DNA of 31,491 nucleotides from Escherichia coli (GTDB lineage Bacteria; Pseudomonadota; Gammaproteobacteria; Enterobacterales; Enterobacteriaceae): NCBI RefSeq assembly GCF_003334255.1, contig NZ_QOWU01000059.1; one strand, 5' to 3'. Shown piece by piece: positions 23,693 to 31,491 of this stretch (position 1 is its first letter; each line of letters starts with the position of its first letter). The notes under the pieces were generated by a model. It saw only the letters and a program-made list of their open reading frames with translations, ran no database searches and was not told where the DNA came from. The position numbers and the translations under genes were made by a program.

Positions 23693-24097
23693 CTAGATTA
23701 ATGGTTTATTATTTTCTACATCTTCAATATATAAAAGCGTATTATCAATGGCGTAGTAACTGCGTTTGTTATGATTAACATCAGTAACCCACCGGAAAAC
23801 GCCCGCGCCTGCCAGTGTTGAACAGTATTCCCGAAATGTAGATTTTCCGCAAATATGAAGCAATGCGGCCTCTTTTATTTTAGCAGGGTTCTTGGTCGTA
23901 CTAACTTTTAACAGGTTCCTGGTTCCTCTTAATAACAAAACCGTATCATCGTGAGTAATAATTCTGATGTTATCCGTAGCCAGATAATAAATGTAATGTG
24001 CAATACGGTGATGTTTTAATTCTGAATAAAACCAGGAGAAGTTTTGCTCTTTTCTCACTTGCTCAAACATCTTTTGAAAAACAACGACCTGATCCAT
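23693..24097 (-). CDS. ycgX: YcgX family protein (DUF1398), 134 aa
   Basis: MDQVVVFQKMFEQVRKEQNFSWFYSELKHHRIAHYIYYLATDNIRIITHDD… recognised as E. coli YcgX; location between iraM and bluR. Confidence 0.75.
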   Translation of the reverse strand: MDQVVVFQKMFEQVRKEQNFSWFYSELKHHRIAHYIYYLATDNIRIITHDDTVLLLRGTRNLLKVSTTKNPAKIKEAALLHICGKSTFREYCSTLAGAGVFRWVTDVNHNKRSYYAIDNTLLYIEDVENNKPLI

Positions 24098-24317
24098 CAG
24101 GATAATAACCTCTTGTTAGTTGTGAGACTGCGTAGTGTGCACGATCGGTTTTACCACTTCAATCTGGTCTGTCCTTTGGCTGTGATATGTACAGAGTGTG
24201 ATAGAGGGAATATCTGAATTCTCCCGGTGAGCATTTTGCAACGGACCAGCTCCGGTACAAACGCTGTTGTGGGTTCAGATTATAACATTCTGTCTAAGGG
24301 GCGGGATAAAGGTGAAA

Positions 24318-25049
24318 TTAGGGGGCATGAAAGATGACTTTATAACCTTGCTCACCCCAGTGTTGTAAAAGTTCGTTTTGCCTTCTCGTTGGTGCCATGC
24401 CTGTCCAGACAATCAATGTTTGCGTCGGGAACAGTTCCGGGCGCGGCGATTCAATGGGATCAGCAAGAACAGAAATGTGCCATCCTGACAATGATAAACG
24501 CCATGCTTCCAGCCACAATCGTGCTCTCTCTTCAACATTCCACGCCATCAGAATGGCTTCTTTACCGGGCTTACGGCGCATTTCGAAAAGCGAGGTTGCT
24601 GCGTATTCAATTAATGCGCCGTCAAACATACTGCTCATAATGCGGGAGGTGTTGTGATCAAGCACGAGACGCTGGCGAACAGGAAGGTAAACATGATTAA
24701 TCAATTGATCTACTGGGTACTCTCGACCCAGTGAAATAATTCTCGCGCGTAGTTTGGCAGGATTAGCCATGCGAAGAATTGACATCATCTCTTCTTGCAG
24801 GCGGCTCCAGTCATCTTCCGTATCCTGGCTGGTGGTTTCCAGTAATGCTTTAACTTTGCCTACAGGGACGCCATTACTTATCCAACGCTTGATCTCTTCG
24901 ATGCGTTGTATGTCTTCTTCATCAAAGAGTCGGTGTCCGCCTTCACTGCGCTGTGGTTTTAACAAACCGTAGCGGCGTTGCCAGGCCCGGAGAGTGACAG
25001 GATTAATCCCGCAACGTTCAGCAACATCACCAATGCTGTAATAAGCCAC
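24318..25049 (-). CDS. bluR: MerR-family transcriptional repressor BluR (YcgE), 243 aa
   Basis: N-terminal MerR helix-turn-helix ([54 protein letters not shown]…); lies next to bluF and divergent from ycgZ-ymgA-ariR-ymgC. Confidence 0.88.
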
Positions 25050-25253
25050 AATTCCTCCTTGCGGTCACAAATCTCCGTCGCCTGTACACGACCCAATAAT
25101 ACTTTGTACAATATACGCTAAAATTGTACAAAGTATAAATAAGATTTCAGCTAAATTGGATGAAACATTATTTTTAATGTGGATTAAATTTAAACGTAAC
25201 GTATTCATTTTCACGATGATTTACTGAAATCATGTGAAAGAATGTGCTGAAAA

Positions 25254-26465
25254 TTATTTTTTCTCTGGCCACGCTATGGAAGGGATACCATTCAATTTAG
25301 CTTTAGCAAACAGATCTCCCTGAAACATCTCAATTCCTGCGGATTCAAGCCACATCCACTCTTCTGGTGTTGCCACGCCCATAGCACTGACTTGAATTTC
25401 AAGTGATGTACAGCATTTTATGATCGCCTGAATAATTGCCTGCCGTGGCCCACTTTTATGAACATTGGTAATCAATTCCTGACTGATTTTAATTCTGTCA
25501 GGCTGGAAGCGTGACAGGAGTAACAAACCAGCAAAACCTGCGCCAAAATGATCAATTGCTACACTGATACCAGCAGCCTTTAGCGATTTAATCGCTTCGG
25601 CAAACTCATCAAACCGAGATATGACTTCACTTTCAGTAAATTCAACGATGATTTGTTCAGGCACCAGAGCATTGGCCTTTATTTCATTAAGTAAAAAAGA
25701 GACTGCGTCAGGTTCGTTAACCAGGGTCATAGGTAATAGATTGATTGAAATCATTTTATCACCGAGCTCAAGTGCGTGTGCCATCGTGAATGCAAGCGCC
25801 TTACTTTTGAGATCCGCTGTGTAGATTTCCCCGTCTTTACGCTGCCCAACCGCTATGGCTGATGGGCTATCTTCATTTTTTTGCACAATGGCTTCAAAAG
25901 CGATTATCCGCCGCGATAAGGGATCGACAATAGGATGAAAGGCAAAGTGGTCGTTTATAGTTGGTGAAAGGGCACAGGAATCAAGTTCTTTATCAGATCC
26001 GTCAGCGATAAAAAGCCAGGAGTCTTCGGCAGGGATCTCGAAATAGGTTGATTGTTCGGTTGCAAGGACAAAAGTACGAAAAAATTGTAGCGCTCTGTCA
26101 TCATAAGTTAGCTGAAATTTTGATGTGCCTTTGTCGAATACGGCCTGTAAAACGTCATCTCGCTCGTGCAGGCGCAAATCAAATAATTCCATTCCCGCTT
26201 TGCCAAAACGGCGAGCAGGCGCGTAATCGCACAGCAGCTCAACAATATTATAGTGCCGTGGATCCTGGCATATAGCCCGATATATCATTTTAACCTGTTC
26301 TTCCGGACCTTCCAGAAGCTGGAAAAAATGAGAACCATTAAACAGTAAGATCCCTGTTACGTCAGACTGCATGTTCCTGCGATTTGCTATCGAAACCATT
26401 TCTTCGATTTTTTTGACAGGTTCGTCGTCACGTATATGGCTACGATAAATAAGGGTGGTAAGCAT
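25254..26465 (-). CDS. bluF: Blue-light sensor BluF (YcgF): BLUF domain plus degenerate EAL domain, 403 aa
   Basis: MLTTLIYRSHIRDDEPVKKIEEMVSIANRRNMQSDVTGILLFNGSHFFQLLEGPEEQV… is a BLUF signature, followed by an EAL-like C-terminal half. Start set at the internal ATG (26463-26465) that gives the K-12 length. Confidence 0.88.
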   Translation of the reverse strand: MLTTLIYRSHIRDDEPVKKIEEMVSIANRRNMQSDVTGILLFNGSHFFQLLEGPEEQVKMIYRAICQDPRHYNIVELLCDYAPARRFGKAGMELFDLRLHERDDVLQAVFDKGTSKFQLTYDDRALQFFRTFVLATEQSTYFEIPAEDSWLFIADGSDKELDSCALSPTINDHFAFHPIVDPLSRRIIAFEAIVQKNEDSPSAIAVGQRKDGEIYTADLKSKALAFTMAHALELGDKMISINLLPMTLVNEPDAVSFLLNEIKANALVPEQIIVEFTESEVISRFDEFAEAIKSLKAAGISVAIDHFGAGFAGLLLLSRFQPDRIKISQELITNVHKSGPRQAIIQAIIKCCTSLEIQVSAMGVATPEEWMWLESAGIEMFQGDLFAKAKLNGIPSIAWPEKK

Positions 26466-26778
26466 TAACAATCCAGGGTAATGGGTGAGGCGAGAGTAAG
26501 ACGGTAACAGACATATCTTCTTGTGTCTTTCTTTTAATACCAAAACATAACCGTTTCTTTACATTGATAAAAAATGGAAAAAGTTGAACACTAGTTGGCG
26601 AAAAATCTTGTATAGATTGTCAGTTAAATGATGCAATATTTTTTATCATAACACATTGTTTTATATGTATTAGCACTAATTGAAAAAAATTAATTTATCA
26701 TTCTGTACACATATTTCGTACAAGTTTGCTATTGTTACCTCACTTCACATTGATTAACATTTTTAACAGAGGCGTAGC

Positions 26779-27015
26779 ATGCATCAAAATTCAGTGACTT
26801 CAGATTCTGCGGGAGCAATCACTCGTTACTTTGCAAAAGCTAACTTGCCTACTCAGCAGGAAACTCTCGGGGAAATTGTGACTGAGATTTTGAAAGATGG
26901 ACGTAATCTGAGTCGAAAGTCGCTTTGTGCCAAACTTCTTTGCCGACTGGAACAAGCGACAGGGGAAGAGGAACAGAAACATTATAATGCACTAATTGGG
27001 TTGCTTTTTGAATAA
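26779..27015 (+). CDS. ycgZ: Small protein YcgZ, 78 aa (YmgB/AriR-like)
   Basis: MHQNSVTSDSAGAITRYFAKANLPTQQETLGEIVTEILKDG…; shares the x-YF-x5-L-x2-EE-x2-LG-x2-VT pattern with AriR; first gene of the ycgZ-ymgA-ariR-ymgC cluster. Confidence 0.85.
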   Translation: MHQNSVTSDSAGAITRYFAKANLPTQQETLGEIVTEILKDGRNLSRKSLCAKLLCRLEQATGEEEQKHYNALIGLLFE

Positions 27016-27057
27016 TGCAACAGCCTGATTATTTAACAGGTTAGCTATGAAGTCGTT

Positions 27058-27330
27058 ATGAAGACATCTGATAATGAACGTATAAAATATGAAATTACTG
27101 GCCAGGCGGTGCTCCAGATACTGCGCATGAAGATAAATTTTTCATTGCAGACTCTTATTAAGCAATTACTCGTAATGAAATCGGCTGAGGAAGATGCTTT
27201 CCGACGCGATTTAATTGACAGCATAATTCGTGATTTTAGCAATAGTGATTCAGGAGGGCCAAACCGAAGAACAGCGACAGCTGACAATAAAAGTATGTTC
27301 AATGGTAAGAAAATAAACAGAATACATTAA
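27058..27330 (+). CDS. ymgA: Small protein YmgA, 90 aa
   Basis: MKTSDNERIKYEITGQAVLQILRMKINFSLQTLIKQLLVM…; second gene of the cluster. Confidence 0.85.
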   Translation: MKTSDNERIKYEITGQAVLQILRMKINFSLQTLIKQLLVMKSAEEDAFRRDLIDSIIRDFSNSDSGGPNRRTATADNKSMFNGKKINRIH

Positions 27331-27358
27331 AATTTCATAAGTAAGATGAGAGGTTACC

Positions 27359-27625
27359 ATGCTTGAAGATACTACAATTCATAATGCAATAACTGATAAA
27401 GCGTTAGCAAGTTACTTTCGCAGTTCGGGTAATTTGTTAGAAGAAGAGTCAGCAGTGTTAGGGCAGGCTGTCACCAATTTAATGCTTTCAGGCGATAATG
27501 TTAATAATAAAAATATTATCTTAAGTCTGATACACTCCCTGGAAACAACAAGTGATATTCTCAAAGCTGATGTGATTAGAAAAACACTGGAAATCGTGTT
27601 GCGATACACAGCTGATGATATGTAA
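27359..27625 (+). CDS. ariR: Biofilm/acid-resistance regulator AriR (YmgB), 88 aa
   Basis: [45 protein letters not shown]…; third gene of the cluster. Confidence 0.85.
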
Positions 27626-27737
27626 CTTCTAATTATTAAGTATAAGTTTATAGAAAACTCATTCATCTTATTTTTGTCTGTCGCTTTAGACTATACACAG
27701 CATAATTTTATTGGGTTAATATTTCTACGAGGCTGAC

Positions 27738-27986
27738 ATGAATAATTCAATCCCAGAGAGATTTATTTTTCAATGTGCTTTGTTTAAAAATCTCGAGAGG
27801 GAGGTGTTCATGACGCATGGGTATGTTGATAGTCATATTATTGATCAGGCTTTACGCTTGCGTTTAAAAGATGAAACCAGTGTGATTCTTTCTGATCTCT
27901 ATCTGCAAATATTGCAGTACATTGAAATGCATAAGACTACACTAACGGATATCATTATTAATGACAGGGAATCCGTGCTCTCTTAG
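27738..27986 (+). CDS. ymgC: Small protein YmgC, 82 aa
   Basis: MNNSIPERFIFQCALFKNLEREVFMTHGYVDSHIIDQALRLRLKDE…; fourth gene of the cluster. Confidence 0.8.
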   Translation: MNNSIPERFIFQCALFKNLEREVFMTHGYVDSHIIDQALRLRLKDETSVILSDLYLQILQYIEMHKTTLTDIIINDRESVLS

Positions 27987-28080
27987 AACTTGAGTAAGGT
28001 TTTAGAATAAACATCAGCTGTATCACCATGCTGATGCAAAGTGAGCATTTCAGGCGTTATGCTTTCTTATTATGTCCGCA

Positions 28081-28134
28081 ATATCAGGTGTCAAGAATGG
28101 AGAGTTCTCGCTCTCCATTCTTGACGCCTGATAT
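28081..28134. repeat. Near-perfect ~24-bp-arm palindrome (atatcaggtgtcaagaatggagag-ttctcg-ctctccattcttgacgcctgatat)
   Basis: Read directly: arms 28081-28104 and 28111-28134 are reverse complements with one mismatch. Located between ymgC and pdeG. Confidence 0.6.
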
Positions 28135-28317
28135 CCCGCCTAACTTATTTTGTACTGCCTACATTATGCTCAATAATTAATGGGTTAGATCAAGATGGAG
28201 AAAATTTTATCTTCGGCGTGGATATTTCTTATGCTCTCTACCATGCTCTCTGTAGATGCCAGCGCGAGCGAATGAATGGCATTTTCATGTATTAAACCCT
28301 TTGGCCGGGACAAGCAA

Positions 28318-29841
28318 ATGCGCAATACACTCATACCCATCCTCGTTGCGATATGCTTGTTTATTACCGGTGTCGCTATTTTGAACATCCAGCTCTGGTA
28401 TTCCGCAAAAGCAGAGTACCTGGCGGGAGCGAGATATGCCGCCAACAATATCAATCATATACTTGAAGAAGCGTCACAAGCGACTCAAACAGCGGTTAAC
28501 ATTGCCGGGAAGGAATGCAACCTCGAGGAGCAATATCAGCTTGGCACTGAAGCAGCTCTGAAACCTCACCTGCGCACAATCATCATTCTCAAACAGGGAA
28601 TAGTCTGGTGTACATCCCTGCCTGGGAATCGGGTCCTGTTGTCTCGTATTCCTGTTTTCCCGGACAGTAATTTACTGTTGGCTCCAGCAATCGACACCGT
28701 TAATAGATTACCTATCCTGCTCTATCAGAACCAATTTGCAGATACGCGCATTTTGGTTACGATAAGCGATCAGCATATTCGTGGGGCACTTAATGTACCC
28801 TTGAAAGGGGTAAGGTATGTATTACGCGTGGCGGATGACATTATTGGACCAACGGGTGATGTGATGACGCTTAATGGACATTATCCCTATACCGAGAAGG
28901 TTCACTCCACAAAATATCATTTCACTATTATCTTTAACCCGCCGCCACTCTTTAGCTTCTACAGACTTATCGATAAAGGCTTTGGGATTTTAATATTTAT
29001 TCTGTTAATCGCCTGCGCCGCTGCCTTCCTGCTTGATAGATATTTCAATAAAAGCGCAACGCCTGAAGAGATCCTGCGACGGGCAATAAATAATGGGGAG
29101 GTCGTCCCTTTTTACCAACCTGTGGTAAATGGTCGGGAAGGGACATTGCGGGGAGTTGAGGTGTTAGCCCGCTGGAAACAACCTCACGGTGGATATATAT
29201 CACCCGCGGCATTTATTCCACTTGCTGAAAAATCCGGATTAATCGTTCCGCTTACGCAAAGCCTGATGAATCAGGTTGCCAGACAGATGAACGCTATCGC
29301 GAGTAAATTGCCGGAAGGTTTTCATATTGGAATTAATTTTAGCGCTTCGCATATTATTTCGCCGACGTTTGTCGACGAGTGTTTCAATTTCCGTGACAGT
29401 TTTACCCGCCGCGATTTAAACCTTGTTCTGGAAGTCACCGAGCGTGAGCCATTGAATGTTGATGAAAGTCTGGTTCAGCGGTTGAACATACTGCATGAAA
29501 ATGGTTTTGTCATCGCGCTGGATGATTTCGGTACTGGCTACTCAGGGCTTTCTTATCTTCATGACCTGCATATTGATTATATCAAAATTGATCACAGTTT
29601 CGTTGGCCGCGTAAACGCAGACCCAGAATCAACCCGAATTCTGGATTGTGTATTGGATCTGGCGCGTAAACTTTCGATCAGTATCGTCGCTGAAGGTGTC
29701 GAAACGAAAGAACAACTTGACTATCTGAACCAAAATAATATCACATTTCAGCAGGGTTATTATTTCTATAAACCTGTTACATACATCGACCTGGTCAAAA
29801 TTATCCTTTCTAAACCGAAGGTGAAGGTTGTGGTTGAGTGA
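28318..29841 (+). CDS. pdeG: c-di-GMP phosphodiesterase PdeG (YcgG): CSS-motif periplasmic domain plus EAL domain, 507 aa
   Basis: MRNTLIPILVAICLFITGVAILNIQLWYS… N-terminal transmembrane helix, a second transmembrane segment, then an EAL domain (…EVLARW…, …DDFGTGYSGLSYL…, …IVAEGVET…). Start set at ATG 28318 to give the K-12 length; the longest ORF begins at 28276. Confidence 0.85.
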   Translation: MRNTLIPILVAICLFITGVAILNIQLWYSAKAEYLAGARYAANNINHILEEASQATQTAVNIAGKECNLEEQYQLGTEAALKPHLRTIIILKQGIVWCTSLPGNRVLLSRIPVFPDSNLLLAPAIDTVNRLPILLYQNQFADTRILVTISDQHIRGALNVPLKGVRYVLRVADDIIGPTGDVMTLNGHYPYTEKVHSTKYHFTIIFNPPPLFSFYRLIDKGFGILIFILLIACAAAFLLDRYFNKSATPEEILRRAINNGEVVPFYQPVVNGREGTLRGVEVLARWKQPHGGYISPAAFIPLAEKSGLIVPLTQSLMNQVARQMNAIASKLPEGFHIGINFSASHIISPTFVDECFNFRDSFTRRDLNLVLEVTEREPLNVDESLVQRLNILHENGFVIALDDFGTGYSGLSYLHDLHIDYIKIDHSFVGRVNADPESTRILDCVLDLARKLSISIVAEGVETKEQLDYLNQNNITFQQGYYFYKPVTYIDLVKIILSKPKVKVVVE

Positions 29842-29972
29842 AAATTGATCAGTAAGGCCATAGTGCGGTGTAATTATAGACAGCTAATTAGCTCGTTGCC
29901 TCTTGTTACTATTGTTCATTATTTTGTTTGCTATAATTGTTTGAAAGTTTTGACAGGATTGCCATTAGTAGC

Positions 29973-30191
29973 ATGAACAATAGTAATAATCTGGATTATT
30001 TCACTCTCTATATCATATTTTCCATTGCATTTATGCTGATCACCCTCCTGGTCATCCTTATTGCAAAACCCAGTACCGGGCTGGGAGAAGTGCTTGTGAC
30101 GATAAATTTGCTTAATGCCCTTGTTTGGCTGGCGATCAATCTGGTTAATCGATTAAGAGAAAGACTCGTCAACCACAGGGATCAGCAATAA
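29973..30191 (+). CDS. ymgF: Small inner-membrane protein YmgF, 72 aa
   Basis: MNNSNNLDYFTLYIIFSIAFMLITLLVILIAKPSTGLGEVLVTINLLNALVWLAINLVNRL… has two predicted transmembrane helices; position after pdeG. Confidence 0.8.
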   Translation: MNNSNNLDYFTLYIIFSIAFMLITLLVILIAKPSTGLGEVLVTINLLNALVWLAINLVNRLRERLVNHRDQQ

Positions 30192-30590
30192 TCTTTCAGT
30201 TTCTCACTGTCAGTATGCGGCTGAATGGGTTGCTGGCAGTGAACGCCTGGATCATTGAAGGAAAGGCATTATTGCGCAAATAGTTGTCAACCCTGGTGTT
30301 ATCACGGTTGTTTTTATATATCACCGAAATAATCCTCATCGCAACTATTAACAATTTTGATGTCGAAGAGTTATTTGTTAAACAAAATCGTCACCTCAAA
30401 GTGATCAATGTCATGAAAATAAGGTGAAAAATGATAATGCCGACTTATTTATCATTTATATATTGTCGCTGTTTATCTATTTAAATTTTTTGTGCTTTTG
30501 TTTTTGTCTTTACCCTCCGTTTTGGTAATCTGAGCTCATAGGTTATTTGACCAGGAATGTTTGTTAATCCAATGAATGGATGGTTAATCT

Positions 30591-31436
30591 ATGAAACTGA
30601 AAAAACTCCCCGGGTTTAGTTTGGGACTTATTGCTCTGGCGGTGGGTAATGCATATGCAACACAATTGTTGGATGATTATAGTATAATTTCCTATATGAC
30701 TGATGAAGAATCGCCGATTGAAATCAAAGATAATAATCCGATAAGTAATGGAGAGTATCTAACCACTGAAGACGAAAGCCATGCTGTGAAAGTGGATGAC
30801 GGTGTAACTGGATATATAAATAATGCCAGTGTGATGACTAGTGGTGATGGATCTTATGGTATTTCTGTTGATAGTCAAAACAAAGTATTATATATAAGCG
30901 ATAGCGATATTAAGACCTCTGGAAGCGTATCTGACAAAGAAAATGGAGGGATAACAGCCAGCGCAGTAGTCAGTGAATTTGGTGGCACCATCTTTATGAA
31001 TGGTGATAATTCAGTCGAGTCGGGTGGGGCATATTCAGCGGGACTTTTAAGCCAGGTTAATGATTCTGAAAAGATGGTAAATAACACCCGTCTTGAAACC
31101 ACAGATAAAACGAACATTGTTACCTCTGGGGAAAATGCAGTAGGTGTTCTTGCATGTTCAAGTCCTGGAGAGTCTCGAACATGTGTCGATGCTGTAGATG
31201 ATGAAGTTAGTGATTCTAACAGTTACGAAGTTATTAGCCGTGCTGATTTAAAAATGAATGGTGGTTCCATAACAACTAATGGCATTAATAGCTATGGTGC
31301 TTATGCTAATGGGAAAAAAGCATATATTAATTTAGATTATGTGGCACTTGAAACTGTGGCTGATGGAAGTTATGCAGTTGCTATTCGACAAGGTAACATT
31401 GATATAAAAAATAGGGTAATGACTCCAACTTATTGA
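30591..31436 (+). pseudogene. ycgH: N-terminal passenger-domain fragment of an autotransporter (ycgH-like), 281-aa ORF with in-frame stop
   Basis: Signal peptide MKLKKLPGFSLGLIALAVGNAYA, then a Gly/Ser/Asn/Thr-rich beta-helix-like passenger sequence. It ends at 31436 with no beta-barrel translocator domain in this ORF. The window ends 55 bp later, so the remainder cannot be assessed. Confidence 0.5.
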
Positions 31437-31491
31437 TAGTGTTTTATGTTCAGATAATGCCCGATGACTTTGTCATGCAGCTCCACCGATT

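Noticed and set aside
22569-24317. Expectation of the e14 prophage (integrase, pin, mcrA, stfE/tfaE) directly downstream of icd
   Set aside because: None of these is present. The interval holds only iraM and ycgX plus AT-rich intergenic DNA, so this strain appears e14-free at icd; the tail genes at 1-9600 belong to a different prophage at a different site.
28185-28454. 89-aa minus-strand ORF overlapping the pdeG start
   Set aside because: Overlaps the pdeG start and its N-terminal transmembrane region on the opposite strand; no similarity or start context; probably spurious.

Overview
This window reads as an Escherichia coli chromosomal segment with three parts. (1) 1-~9600: the right-hand (tail) end of a lambda-like prophage: 3' end of a gpI-like tail assembly gene, host-specificity protein J, lom, a long mosaic side tail fiber (stf), tail fiber assembly (tfa), then a minus-strand AT-rich SAM-dependent methyltransferase cargo gene bracketed by a second partial copy of the tfa 3' end. 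(2) ~9800-22570: conserved core genes in K-12 order (potB, potA, pepT, roxA/ycfD, phoQ, phoP, purB, hflD, mnmA, nudJ, rluE, icd). The prophage abuts the 3' end of potB, so potC/potD are not adjacent and the potABCD operon is split. (3) 22570-31491: the AT-rich iraM-ycgX-bluR-bluF-ycgZ-ymgA-ariR-ymgC-pdeG-ymgF-ycgH region, with no e14 prophage at icd. No rRNA, tRNA, CRISPR array, IS element or integrase is visible. All identifications rest on recognising the translated ORFs and on gene order, not on any database search. The most interesting unexplained items are the methyltransferase cargo between duplicated tfa ends, the prophage/potB junction, an AT-rich insert with a strong hairpin between gpI and J, a duplicated icd-terminator-like hairpin, and a ~54-bp near-perfect palindrome upstream of pdeG.
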